Shown in pieces: positions 31,545 through 41,037 of a DNA stretch of 64,000 bases. Below the pieces are notes generated by a model. It did no database searches. It saw only the letters and a list, made by a program, of their open reading frames with translations, and had not been told where the DNA came from. The translations under genes and the position numbers were made by a program. Source of the stretch: Burkholderiales bacterium (GTDB taxonomy: Bacteria; Pseudomonadota; Gammaproteobacteria; Burkholderiales; SG8-39); assembly GCA_014860395.1 (NCBI GenBank), contig JACZJU010000154.1:4439-68438 (forward strand). The letters are read 5' to 3'. How positions within the stretch are numbered: the first letter of the stretch is position 1; each line of letters starts with the position of its first letter.

Positions 31545-32285
31545 ATGAAACCCTGGCCTTATCCGCGCATCATCGCCCATCGCGGCGGCGGTACGCTCGC
31601 TCCGGAGAACACGCTGGCAGGCCTGCGCAAGGCGAAGGAAATGGGTTATGCCGGAGTCGAATTCGACGTCATGCTCGCCGCCGACGCCACCCCTATCCTG
31701 ATGCACGATGAGACCCTGGAGCGCACCACCAACGGCCGCGGAGCAATCGCCGAGACGGCCTACCGCGACATGGAGAAGCTCGACGCCGGCAGCTGGCACT
31801 CGGCGCCGCACATGGGCGAGCCGGTACCGAGCTTCGAGCGTGCCGGCCGGCTTTGTATCGAGCTGGGGATATGGGCAGATATCGAGATCAAGCCTGCGAA
31901 GGGTTACGAAGCCGAAACCGGCAGGGCGGCGGCGCTGCTCGCGCGCGAGCTCTGGCGCGGCGCGCCGATGCAGCCGCTATTGTGCTCGTTTCAGCCCGCG
32001 TCGCTCGCCGCGGCGAAGGAGGCCGCGCCGGAACTGCCGCGCGGCGCCCTGACCAAGCGCATCCCGCCGGACTGGGAACACTGGATGCAAGTGCTGGGCT
32101 GCGTGTCCCTGCACTGCGACTACCGCCTGCTGCAGCCGCGCGAGGCGCGCGCGGTGCGCGACGCGGGCTACTGGCTGCTCAGCTACACGGTCAACGATCC
32201 GCACATCGTGCGCGTGCTGTTCGACTGGGGCGTGGACGCCATTATCACCGACCGCCTGGACCTGATAGGGCCGGACTTCGCATAG
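31545..32285 (+). CDS. ugpQ: Glycerophosphodiester phosphodiesterase
   Basis: MKPWPYPRIIAHRGGGTLAPENTLAG...GVEFDVMLAADATPILMHDETLERTTNG... The ATG is 2 nt after the preceding stop. Confidence 0.85.
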   Translation: MKPWPYPRIIAHRGGGTLAPENTLAGLRKAKEMGYAGVEFDVMLAADATPILMHDETLERTTNGRGAIAETAYRDMEKLDAGSWHSAPHMGEPVPSFERAGRLCIELGIWADIEIKPAKGYEAETGRAAALLARELWRGAPMQPLLCSFQPASLAAAKEAAPELPRGALTKRIPPDWEHWMQVLGCVSLHCDYRLLQPREARAVRDAGYWLLSYTVNDPHIVRVLFDWGVDAIITDRLDLIGPDFA

Positions 32286-32290
32286 GGCAA

Positions 32291-32321
32291 GAGGGGGGAG
32301 GTATCCCCTCGTTTTGAAATA
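32291..32321. terminator. Hairpin terminator / REP-type unit after ugpQ
   Basis: GAGGGGGGAGGTATCCCCTCGTTTTGAAATA. 32295-32321 is the exact reverse complement of 7864-7890. Confidence 0.55.
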
Positions 32322-32379
32322 GGCTCTAAAATCGGCAGCAGGGCAACTCAATCCGACGCTTCGACATGAATGCAGCCAA

Positions 32380-33417
32380 ATGAAACGCGCACTGGCCATA
32401 CCGCTGGTTCTGATTCTCGCGCTCGCCGCCGGGGGCATTTTCTATTGGCAGCGCGCGAACGATCACGAAGCGCCGCCCACTGCACTCACGCTTTACGGCA
32501 ATATCGACATCAGGCAGGTGCAGCTCGCATTCAACGGTTCGGACCGGATTGACCGCATGCTGGTCAAAGAGGGGGAAAGCGTGCGCCAAGGTCAGCTCCT
32601 GGCGACGCTGGATCCGGCCCGCCTGCAGCACAACGCAGATTTGCTGGAAGCACAGCTCGCGGCGCAGCAGCAAGTCCTCGCGCGCCTCAAGGCGGGCAAC
32701 CGGCCGGAGGAAATACGCAAGGCGCGCGCCGACGCCGAGGCCGCGAAAATAGAAGCGGACAACGCCGAGCATACCTATCGCCGTCTCAAGGAGCTCGTCG
32801 CCCGAAGGTTCGTCGCCCAGCAGCAGGCGGACGACGCCAAGGCCGCGGCGGATGCCGCCCGGGCCAAGTACGAATCGGCGCGAGCGTTGCTACGACTCGA
32901 AGAGCTGGGTGCGCGCGCCGAGGACATCGCCGCCGCCGGCGCCACACTCAAGGCAAACGAGGCCGCGCTCGCGCTGGCGCGTACGCAACTGGCCGACGCC
33001 TCCCTGTATGCGCCGGCCGACGGCATCATCCAGGACCGGATCCTCGAGCCGGGCGACATGGCTGCCCCGCAGCTCTCCGTGTATACGCTGGCGCTGACCG
33101 ATCCGGTATGGGTACGCGCCTATGTGCAGGGAGCGGACCTGGGCAAGATTCATCCCGGCATGCGCGCTGCGGTGAGCACGGACAGCTATCCCGGCAAGCG
33201 CTATCGCGCGTGGCTGGGCTATATCTCCCCCAGCGCCGAATTCACGCCGAAATCGGTGGAGACCACCGAAGTCAGATCCAAGCTGGTATATCAGGTGCGG
33301 ATTTTTGTGTGCAACCCGCAAAATGAACTGCGCCTGGGCATGCCCGCCACGGTGACGATTGCGCTGGACCAGCCGCAATCGGCCAATGCGGGAGCGCCTG
33401 ACTGCCAGACACCCTGA
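32380..33417 (+). CDS. HlyD-family membrane fusion protein (YbhG-like)
   Basis: N-terminal TM, a lipoyl-like beta region, a long coiled coil (AQLAAQQQVLARLKAG...EEIRKARADAEAAK...), and a beta-barrel C-terminus. Confidence 0.85.
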   Translation: MKRALAIPLVLILALAAGGIFYWQRANDHEAPPTALTLYGNIDIRQVQLAFNGSDRIDRMLVKEGESVRQGQLLATLDPARLQHNADLLEAQLAAQQQVLARLKAGNRPEEIRKARADAEAAKIEADNAEHTYRRLKELVARRFVAQQQADDAKAAADAARAKYESARALLRLEELGARAEDIAAAGATLKANEAALALARTQLADASLYAPADGIIQDRILEPGDMAAPQLSVYTLALTDPVWVRAYVQGADLGKIHPGMRAAVSTDSYPGKRYRAWLGYISPSAEFTPKSVETTEVRSKLVYQVRIFVCNPQNELRLGMPATVTIALDQPQSANAGAPDCQTP

Positions 33418-35234
33418 TGCCGCCAACGGCCGCTGCGTATCAGGCGAGCCCTCATTCCCCGGCGGGTCCGGGAGACGATACCCCGCTGCAATTCGACCAA
33501 CTGTCCAAGGCGTTTCGCCCGAATGGTCGTCTGGTCCAGGCGCTCGACAAGGTGAGCTTTCGCGTTCGGCACGGGACGGTGACCGGCCTCATCGGGCCCG
33601 ACAGCGCCGGCAAGACCACACTCATGCGCCTCGCCGCAGGTTTGCTCGCCCCCGACAGCGGCAGCGTCACCGTCCTCGGCAAGAACGCCACCGCGCAGTC
33701 GCTGCAGGTTCAGGCCGGCATCGGCTACATGCCGCAGCGTTTCGGCCTGTATGACGACCTGACGGTGCAGGAGAATCTCGACCTGTATGCAGACCTGCAA
33801 GGCGTGGCGCATATCGACCGCGCCGATCGCTATGGCGAATTGCTGCAGATGGCCGGGCTTGCGCCGTTTACCCGGCGCCTGGCCGGACAGCTCTCCGGCG
33901 GCATGAAGCAGAAGCTGGGGCTCGCCTGCACCCTGGTGCGCCAACCGCCCTTGCTGCTGCTGGACGAACCGACCGTCGGCGTGGACCCGCTGTCGCGACG
34001 CGAGCTATGGGCCATCGTCGACCGGCTGGTGCGCAAGGAAAATACCACCGTGCTTCTGAGCACCGCCTACCTGGATGAGGCCGAGCGTTGCGACGAGGTC
34101 GTCCTGCTGCATGAAGGCCGGCGCCTGGATCAGGGCGATCCGAAGACTCTGCGCGACCGCATGCTGGGCAGAACCTATTCGCTCAGCGCGCCGAACCTGT
34201 CCAAGCGAGCGCTGCAGGCGCATTTGTCGCGGGCTCCCGGCGTGCTGGACGCATTGATCCAGGGCGAGCACGTGCGCCTGGTGATGGAAGAAGGAACGCG
34301 CCCTGACCTCGAGCAGCTGCTCCCCGGGGCGGAGGACGCCTCGCTCACCGAGGCGCCGCCGCGCTACGAGGATAGCTTCATCGCGCTGCTAAAGGCGCAA
34401 GCCCAGGTGCATGGCGCGGCGCCCTCCCCGGCCGATCCGCCGGCGGCGGCGCCGCCTGCCGCGCAGACGGCAAACGCCGCCGCCGTGATCGAAGCGGACC
34501 GGCTGGAGCGGCGTTTCGGCGCTTTCCGCGCCGTCAAAGGCATCAGCTTTGCCGTGTCCCGCGGCGAGGTCTTCGGCCTGCTCGGCGCCAACGGCGCCGG
34601 CAAGACCACGACGTTTCGCATGCTCTGCGGGCTGCTGCCGCCCAGCGGCGGCAGCCTGCGCGTCGCCGGAGTCGATCTGCGCCATGCGCCTGCCGCCGCG
34701 CGCTCGCGCATCGGTTATATGTCGCAGAAATTCTCCCTCTACAGCCAGCTCAGCGTAATGGAAAACCTGCGCTTTTTCAGCAGCGCCTATGGCCTTGCGC
34801 GCGAACGCGCGCAAGAGCGCATGCGCTGGGCCATGGCGGAGTTTGCGCTGGCGCCGCTTGCGGATTCCGCCAGCGGCGAACTTTCCCTGGGCTACAAGCA
34901 GCGCCTGGCATTGGCCTGCGCCCTGATGCATGAGCCCGACATTCTGTTTCTGGATGAACCCACGTCGGGGGTGGATCCGCTCGCCCGGCGCGAGTTCTGG
35001 CAGCGCATCAATGCGCTTGCCGAAGCCGGCGTCACCATCATGGTGACCACGCATTTCATGGAAGAGGCCGAGTATTGCGACCGCCTCGCCATCATGGCGA
35101 CAGGCGAAATCCTGACCATGGGCACGCCCAGCGCGGTCAAGCAGCACGCGCGCACCGAGACCCTGCCCGATCCGACCATGGAAGACGCCTTCATCGGTCT
35201 GATCGAAGCGCGGGCGCCGGCGGGGACGGCATGA
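33417..35234 (+). CDS. Tandem (two-NBD) ABC transporter ATP-binding protein (YbhF-like)
   Basis: Two complete sets of motifs: GPDSAGKTT / LSGGMKQK / LLLLDEP and GANGAGKTT / LSLGYKQR / ILFLDEP. Confidence 0.9.
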   Translation: MPPTAAAYQASPHSPAGPGDDTPLQFDQLSKAFRPNGRLVQALDKVSFRVRHGTVTGLIGPDSAGKTTLMRLAAGLLAPDSGSVTVLGKNATAQSLQVQAGIGYMPQRFGLYDDLTVQENLDLYADLQGVAHIDRADRYGELLQMAGLAPFTRRLAGQLSGGMKQKLGLACTLVRQPPLLLLDEPTVGVDPLSRRELWAIVDRLVRKENTTVLLSTAYLDEAERCDEVVLLHEGRRLDQGDPKTLRDRMLGRTYSLSAPNLSKRALQAHLSRAPGVLDALIQGEHVRLVMEEGTRPDLEQLLPGAEDASLTEAPPRYEDSFIALLKAQAQVHGAAPSPADPPAAAPPAAQTANAAAVIEADRLERRFGAFRAVKGISFAVSRGEVFGLLGANGAGKTTTFRMLCGLLPPSGGSLRVAGVDLRHAPAAARSRIGYMSQKFSLYSQLSVMENLRFFSSAYGLARERAQERMRWAMAEFALAPLADSASGELSLGYKQRLALACALMHEPDILFLDEPTSGVDPLARREFWQRINALAEAGVTIMVTTHFMEEAEYCDRLAIMATGEILTMGTPSAVKQHARTETLPDPTMEDAFIGLIEARAPAGTA

Positions 35235-35343
35235 GCAGGGAGCAGGGGCCACGCGCAGCGGGGATGCGACCGGCCGCGATTGCCGCCGGACGCCGACTGC
35301 ACGCACTCGAAACTGCGGCATCGGTGGCGGAGGCGGCAGAAGC

Positions 35344-36501
35344 ATGAGCGATCCCCGGCAGCGGAACGGATCGGCGGCGCCGGGAACGTTTCGCATGCGC
35401 CTTCGCGGCCTCATGCGCAAGGAGTTCCTGCAGATTTTCCGCGACCCCAGCAGCATCGCGATCGCCTTTCTGATGCCTTTGATCCTGCTGCTGCTGTTCG
35501 GCTATGGCGTGTCCCTGGACTCCGAATCGATACCGGTGGCGCTGGTGGTGGAGCAGCCGAGCGCGGATACGGCGAGCTTCACCGCGGCTTTCCACAAGTC
35601 GCGCTATTTCGTGCCGACCACGTATGCCACCACGCGCGAGGCCGAAGCGGCGATGATGGCGCGCCAGGTGAACGCCATCGTCGTCCTGCGCCGGGACTTC
35701 GCGCAGCGCCTGCGCGGCGCGGATGGCGCACCGATTCAGTTGATCGTGAACGGCGTCGACGCCAACACCGCCAGGATCGTCGCGGGCTACGTCGAAGGCG
35801 TATGGGGCACATGGCTGGAGCATATCGCCCTGGCGCGAGGCCGGTCTCTGGCGCAGCCGGTGCAAATTGAACAGCGCGTCTGGTTCAACAGCGAGCTGCG
35901 CAGCCGCAATTTTCTCGTGCCCGGCCTGGTGGCGATCATCATGACCCTGATCGGCGCCCTGCTCACGGCGATGGTGATGGCGCGCGAATGGGAACGCGGC
36001 ACCATGGAAGCGCTGCTGGTGACACCGGTGACCATGCGCGAAATCATCCTGGGCAAACTGATTCCCTACTTCATTCTGGGCATGGGGGGGCTGGCGCTTT
36101 CCGTAGCCATGGCGATCTGGCTGTTCGAGGTGCCGCTGCGCGGCTCGCCCTGGCTGCTGTTCGCCACATCGGCGCTGTTTCTGCTCACCGCCCTGGGCAT
36201 GGGCCTGTTCATTTCCACCATTGCCAGAAGCCAGTTCGTCGCCGGGCAGATCGCCCTCATCGCGACCTTCCTGCCCGCGTTCCTGCTGTCCGGATTCATT
36301 TTCGACATCGGCAGCATGCCCGACATCGTCAAAGTCATTACACACGTCATTGCCGCCCGATACTACGTGGCGATCCTGCAGACGCTGTTTCTCGCCGGCG
36401 ATACCTGGAGCGTGGTTCTGCCGAATACGCTCGCCCTGGCCGTGCTTGCCGTGATCTTCCTCGGCCTGACGCAGCTGAAATCGCGCAAACGCCTGGAGTA
36501 G
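35344..36501 (+). CDS. ABC-2 type transporter permease (YbhS-like)
   Basis: ...LMRKEFLQIFRDPSSIAIAFLMPLILLLLFGYG..., a large periplasmic loop, then 5 TMs. Confidence 0.85.
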   Translation: MSDPRQRNGSAAPGTFRMRLRGLMRKEFLQIFRDPSSIAIAFLMPLILLLLFGYGVSLDSESIPVALVVEQPSADTASFTAAFHKSRYFVPTTYATTREAEAAMMARQVNAIVVLRRDFAQRLRGADGAPIQLIVNGVDANTARIVAGYVEGVWGTWLEHIALARGRSLAQPVQIEQRVWFNSELRSRNFLVPGLVAIIMTLIGALLTAMVMAREWERGTMEALLVTPVTMREIILGKLIPYFILGMGGLALSVAMAIWLFEVPLRGSPWLLFATSALFLLTALGMGLFISTIARSQFVAGQIALIATFLPAFLLSGFIFDIGSMPDIVKVITHVIAARYYVAILQTLFLAGDTWSVVLPNTLALAVLAVIFLGLTQLKSRKRLE

Positions 36502-36507
36502 GGCACC

Positions 36508-37617
36508 ATGTGGCGGCGCATTCTCGCACTGACGATCAAGGAGTTCCTGACCATACTCAAGGACAAGCGCAGCCGCGTGGTCATCGTCGTGCCGCCGCTG
36601 ATTCAGTTGATGGTGTTCGGCTATGCCGCGACCTTCGACTTGAAGCATGTCCCGTTTGCGGTGTTCAACGAAGATCGCGGCATCGCCGCGCGCGAACTGG
36701 TCGCGGCATTTCGCGGCTCGCCCAGTTTCGAGGAGGTGGCGCGCCTCGCCCAGGACAGGGAGATTGCGCCCGTGATCGACAGCAAGCAGGCGCTCATGGT
36801 CATGCGCATCGGACCGCGCTTCAGCGCCGACCTGCTCGCCGGCCGGCCGGCGCAGCTGCAGATCATCGTCGACGGACGCAATTCGAATACCGCGCAGCTG
36901 GCCGTCAACTACGCGCAATCCATCGTCAAGCGTTTCAACACCGAATGGATCGCCCGCCACGGCGGCAGCGCGCCCCCGGCGTATACCGAGATGCGCGCCT
37001 GGTTCAACCCGAACCTGGAAAGCCGCTGGTTTTTCATCCCCGGCATCGTTGGCCTGCTCACCCTGCTCGTCACCATGCTGGTGACGGCGCTGTCGGTCGC
37101 GCGCGAGCGCGAGCAGGGCACCTTCGACCAGTTGCTGGTCACGCCGCTGCGCCCCGGGGAAATCCTGCTTGGCAAAGCCCTGCCGAGCTTCTTCATCGGC
37201 ATTGCCGAAGCCACGCTGATCATCCTGGTGGCGGTATTCTGGTTCGAGGTTCCGTTTCTGGGCAGCCCGCTGACCTTGTATACCGGCCTTGCGCTGTTTC
37301 TGCTTTCGGCAATCGGCCTGGGCCTGATGATTTCATCGCTCGCCGTCACGCAGCAGCAGGGGCTGCTGGGCGCCTTCTTCTTCATGGTGCCCGCCATCAT
37401 CCTTTCGGGCTTCGCCACGCCGATCGAAAACATGCCTGCACTGGTGCAAGACCTTACCCTGCTCAATCCCTTGCGCTATTTCCTGGTTGTGCTGCGCGGC
37501 GTGTTCCTCGAGGGCACGCCGTTCCACCTGCTGCTGCACCAGTTTTTCGCGATGGCCGCGATCGGCGCGGTGGCCCTGGCCATCGCCGCCTGGCTGTTCC
37601 GGCACAGGATGTACTGA
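36508..37617 (+). CDS. ABC-2 type transporter permease (YbhR-like)
   Basis: MWRRILALTIKEFLTILKDKRSRVVIVVPPLIQLMVFGYA..., a paralogue of the preceding gene. Confidence 0.85.
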   Translation: MWRRILALTIKEFLTILKDKRSRVVIVVPPLIQLMVFGYAATFDLKHVPFAVFNEDRGIAARELVAAFRGSPSFEEVARLAQDREIAPVIDSKQALMVMRIGPRFSADLLAGRPAQLQIIVDGRNSNTAQLAVNYAQSIVKRFNTEWIARHGGSAPPAYTEMRAWFNPNLESRWFFIPGIVGLLTLLVTMLVTALSVAREREQGTFDQLLVTPLRPGEILLGKALPSFFIGIAEATLIILVAVFWFEVPFLGSPLTLYTGLALFLLSAIGLGLMISSLAVTQQQGLLGAFFFMVPAIILSGFATPIENMPALVQDLTLLNPLRYFLVVLRGVFLEGTPFHLLLHQFFAMAAIGAVALAIAAWLFRHRMY

Positions 37618-37649
37618 AGCCGCAACCTGAACCGCAGGCGCGGCCGGAT

Positions 37650-39026
37650 TCAGAAAGGCAGTTCGGCGCCGGGCTTGGCGGCCGCGAGCACCGCGCGAAA
37701 TTCCGCCTGGATGCGCGCGATCGCTTCCTGCGTGTCGCCTTCGAAGCGCAGCACGATCACCGGCGTGGTGTTGGAGGCCCGCGCCAGACCGAAGCCGTCG
37801 GCGTATTCCACGCGCAGGCCATCGAGCTTGATGACTTCGCGCGCGCCGGGAAAGCGCGCGCTTTGCTGCAGCCCCGCTATCAGCCGGTGCGGCTCGCCTT
37901 CGGCCAGCTTCCAGTTGAGCTCGGGCGTGTTGATCGAGTCGGGCAGCGCATCGAGCACCGCATCGGGGTTGGACGACCGGCTGAGAATTTCCAGCAGCCG
38001 CGCACCCACGTACTGCGCATCGTCGAAGCCGTACCAGCGCTCGCCAAAGAAGATGTGCCCGCTCATCTCCCCCGCCAGGGGCGAATGGCGCTCCTTCATT
38101 TTGGCCTTGACCAGAGAATGCCCTGTTTTCCACATCAGCGGCTTGCCGCCGCGCTCGGCGATCCACGAAGCGAGCCGGCGCGTGCATTTGACGTCGTAGA
38201 TGATCTCGGCGCCGGGATTGCGCTTGAGCACGTCGTCGGCGAACAGCATCAGCTGCCGGTCGGGATAGATGATGTTGCCGCCCTTGGTGACCACGCCGAG
38301 GCGGTCGCCGTCGCCGTCGAAAGCGAGGCCGAGTTCCGCATCCGAGTCTCGCACTGCCGCAATCAGTTCCTGCAGGTTCTCCGGCTTCGACGGATCGGGA
38401 TGATGGTTGGGGAAGGTCCCGTCGACTTCGCAATACAGCGGCGTCACCTCGCAACCCAGGCGGCGGAACAGCTCGGGCGCGGTCGCGCCGGCGACGCCGT
38501 TGCCGCAGTCGATGACGATTTTCATGGTCCGCGCAAGCTTCACGTCGGCGACGATGCGCGCGAGATAGGCTTCGCGCACGTCGACCATCGAGTATTTGCC
38601 CGCGCCCTCGGCCAGATCACCGCTTTCTATTATCGCGCGCAGGCGCTGGATGTCATCCCCCGCAAGCGTCACCCCGCCAAGCACCATTTTCAGCCCGTTG
38701 TAGTCGGGCGGATTGTGGCTGCCCGTGACCATCACCGCGCTGCCGCAGCCGAGGTGGTGCGCGGCGAAATAGCCGATCGGCGTGGCTGCCATGCCGATGT
38801 CGATGACATCGACGCCGGCCGCGGTGAGGCCCGCGGCCAATGCCCCCGACAATTCCGGACCGGACAGCCTGCCGTCGCGGCCTATCGCCACCGCGGTCTG
38901 CGCGCGCGCGCGCGCTTCCGAGCCCAGGGCCTGGCCGATGGCGCTGACGATTTCCGGCGTGAGCGTGCGCCCGACGATGCCGCGGATGTCGTAGGCCTTG
39001 AATATCTCTGCGGGAACGGAAGTCAT
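37650..39026 (-). CDS. Phosphomannomutase/phosphoglucomutase
   Basis: FKAYDIRG..., the active-site loop TGSHNPPDYNG, FDGDGDR, and GEMSGH. Confidence 0.9.
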   Translation of the reverse strand: MTSVPAEIFKAYDIRGIVGRTLTPEIVSAIGQALGSEARARAQTAVAIGRDGRLSGPELSGALAAGLTAAGVDVIDIGMAATPIGYFAAHHLGCGSAVMVTGSHNPPDYNGLKMVLGGVTLAGDDIQRLRAIIESGDLAEGAGKYSMVDVREAYLARIVADVKLARTMKIVIDCGNGVAGATAPELFRRLGCEVTPLYCEVDGTFPNHHPDPSKPENLQELIAAVRDSDAELGLAFDGDGDRLGVVTKGGNIIYPDRQLMLFADDVLKRNPGAEIIYDVKCTRRLASWIAERGGKPLMWKTGHSLVKAKMKERHSPLAGEMSGHIFFGERWYGFDDAQYVGARLLEILSRSSNPDAVLDALPDSINTPELNWKLAEGEPHRLIAGLQQSARFPGAREVIKLDGLRVEYADGFGLARASNTTPVIVLRFEGDTQEAIARIQAEFRAVLAAAKPGAELPF

Positions 39027-39062
39027 CTGCGATATGGTCCTGACGAACGCGGGACCCGCATT

Positions 39063-40046
39063 TTAGCGCACGGGGTGCGCATGCCCGTCGAAAAACGCGA
39101 GCAGGCGTTGCGGCAGCCAGTCGAGATTGCCCGGAAAAGCGTCGGATGCGAAGCCGACATGACCGCCTTCTTCGGGCTGCTCGAGCGACACCAACGAAGA
39201 TACCTCCGCCGGCTGCGGCAGATGGCGTGCCGGCAGGAAGGGATCGTTCTTCGCGTTCAGCAGCAGCGTCGGCAGTCGCACGCCGGCCAGCACAGGCTTC
39301 GCGCTGGCGCGCGTCCAGTAATCGTCGGTATCGCGGAATCCATGCAGCGGCGCGGTGACGACGTCGTCGAACTGGCGCAGGTTGCGCGCGGCAAGCATGC
39401 GTTCGCGGTCGAACAATCCGGGATAGCGTTCCAGCTTATGCAGGCTTTTCTTGCGCAAAGTGGCAAGGAACATGCGCGTGTAAATCAGGTTCAGCCCCTG
39501 CCCCAGTGCGGCGCCGGCCGCCATCAGGTCGAGCGGCGCCGACACCGCGGCTGCGGCCCGCAGCCCTGCGCCGGGCTCCGCCCCGCTCTCGCCCAGCCAC
39601 TTGAGCAGCGCGTTGCCGCCCAGGGACACGCCGACGGCGTACAGCGGCGCGCCGGCCTGAGCCAGGCGCGCAATGATCCAGCCGATCTCGGGCGCGTCAC
39701 CGGAATGATAGGCGCGCGGCAGACGGTTGGGCTCGCCGCTGCAGCCGCGGAAATGCACCACCACGCCGTTCCAGCGCGCGCGCTCGAGCGCGCGCATCAT
39801 CGCCACGGCGTAATGGCTGGACGAACTGCCTTCGAGCCCATGGAACAGGGCGACGCGCGGCGCGCCGGCGGGGCCGGCATCGAGAAAATCCAGGTCGATG
39901 AAATCGCCGTCGGGTGTGTCCCAGCGCTCGCGCCGGTAACGCGGCAAGCCCCCGCGCAGGAACAGCGCCGGATAGATGGTCTGCGCGTGGCCGCCGCGCA
40001 GCCAGCGCGGCGCCCGGTACGCCCGGCAAGGCTCGGGCGCGTTCAA
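39063..40046 (-). CDS. Alpha/beta-fold hydrolase (YheT-like)
   Basis: ...LFHGLEGSSSSHY...GVSLGGNALL... (nucleophile elbow), about 327 aa. Confidence 0.8.
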   Translation of the reverse strand: MNAPEPCRAYRAPRWLRGGHAQTIYPALFLRGGLPRYRRERWDTPDGDFIDLDFLDAGPAGAPRVALFHGLEGSSSSHYAVAMMRALERARWNGVVVHFRGCSGEPNRLPRAYHSGDAPEIGWIIARLAQAGAPLYAVGVSLGGNALLKWLGESGAEPGAGLRAAAAVSAPLDLMAAGAALGQGLNLIYTRMFLATLRKKSLHKLERYPGLFDRERMLAARNLRQFDDVVTAPLHGFRDTDDYWTRASAKPVLAGVRLPTLLLNAKNDPFLPARHLPQPAEVSSLVSLEQPEEGGHVGFASDAFPGNLDWLPQRLLAFFDGHAHPVR

Positions 40047-40489
40047 TGCAGTATCTTGGGCGCTTCCAGCGGAACCTCGCGGCGGACCACGGGCGCGGGC
40101 GCGTGCGAGGCATGATGCAGCACCATGCGCCAGCCGCCGGCCGAGCGCAGGTAGGCATTGGTCGCGACCACGATGCTGCGCCCGCCCTCGCCCTGGCCGC
40201 CCTGCACCAGGATGTTTTCATGCAGGCTATGCAGCGAGAACATCACGCCGGTGACGATGACCTGGTCGGACAGGTGCACCTGCAGGCGCTGGCCGGACTT
40301 GAATATCTGCGCCCAGTTTTCGCGCACCTGTTCAATGCCCGTGAGGCGCGCGCCGTCGGGGTGGACGCAGCTCACCTCTTCGTCGGCGGACCAGACCTCC
40401 ATCATGGCCTCGAGATCGGCGCGCTGCAGCGCGTCGTAGAACGCGGCTTCCGCGTCCTGCGGCGTGGTATAGATGGTCTTCTTCAACAC
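40043..40489 (-). CDS. NTF2-like (SnoaL/DUF4440-type) protein
   Basis: ...AEAAFYDALQRADLEAMMEVWSADEEVSCVHPDG...WRMVLHHAS. It has a 4-nt overlap with the hydrolase gene. Confidence 0.6.
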   Translation of the reverse strand: MLKKTIYTTPQDAEAAFYDALQRADLEAMMEVWSADEEVSCVHPDGARLTGIEQVRENWAQIFKSGQRLQVHLSDQVIVTGVMFSLHSLHENILVQGGQGEGGRSIVVATNAYLRSAGGWRMVLHHASHAPAPVVRREVPLEAPKILH

Positions 40490-40596
40490 GTCTCCTGAAC
40501 GCCGGGGATACTAGCCTAAATGAAGTGCGCTTGCCACCCGGCGAGCGGACGAAGGGGACAATGCAAAATGAGGGGCACCTCATGCTCCGCTGCATC

Positions 40597-40661
40597 GGGC
40601 ATTTCGCTTCTTCTGAAACAGCCTCCAAGTCGAGGACCGTTTCGGCAATTCTGAAACGACC
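40597..40661. repeat. Two tandem REP-like units (family B), one degenerate
   Basis: GGGCATTTC-gcttcttct-GAAACAGCC (40597-40623, imperfect) and GACCGTTTC-ggcaattct-GAAACGACC (40635-40661). The second ends 1 nt before the CbiX stop codon. Confidence 0.5.
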
Positions 40662-40662
40662 T

Positions 40663-41037
40663 CTAAACCGTCGCCCCGCGCAACACCCAGTCGGTAATCG
40701 CCTGCAGCATCTCCGGCGCGTCGCCGATAGCGGACATGACTTGGAACTCGAGCTGCGGATGCTGCTCGCGTATCTTGTTTACCAGCCGCGGCAGGTCCTG
40801 CTTCATGTGACCGCCCTGCGCCAGGAACAGCGGCACCAGGACGACGCGCTTTGCGCCCTGCGCCGCCGACTGCGCCACCGCCGCCTCCAGCGACGGCGTC
40901 ATCAATTCCAGGAATGCGAGCTCGACCTGCGCATCCGGCCGTGCCGCCTGCAACTGCCGCCGGATAAGCTGGAACGGCAGCGCCCAATCCGGGTCGCGCG
41001 CGCCGTGGGCAAACAGGATGATCGCTTGCTCGCTCAT
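40663..41037 (-). CDS. Small CbiX/SirB-type sirohydrochlorin chelatase-like protein
   Basis: MSEQAIILFAHGARDPDWALPF...VLVPLFLAQGGHMKQDLP... The start (complement of 41035-41037) overlaps the MFS stop (ATGA). Confidence 0.7.
   Translation of the reverse strand: MSEQAIILFAHGARDPDWALPFQLIRRQLQAARPDAQVELAFLELMTPSLEAAVAQSAAQGAKRVVLVPLFLAQGGHMKQDLPRLVNKIREQHPQLEFQVMSAIGDAPEMLQAITDWVLRGATV

Noticed and set aside
35988-40115. 1375-aa open reading frame on the plus strand, the longest in the window
   Set aside because: It runs out of frame through two well-supported ABC-2 permease genes, then antisense through the PMM/PGM and hydrolase genes. Its translation is Arg/Ala/Gly/His/Pro-rich with no recognisable domain. 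This is the classic stop-poor shadow frame of GC3-rich DNA.
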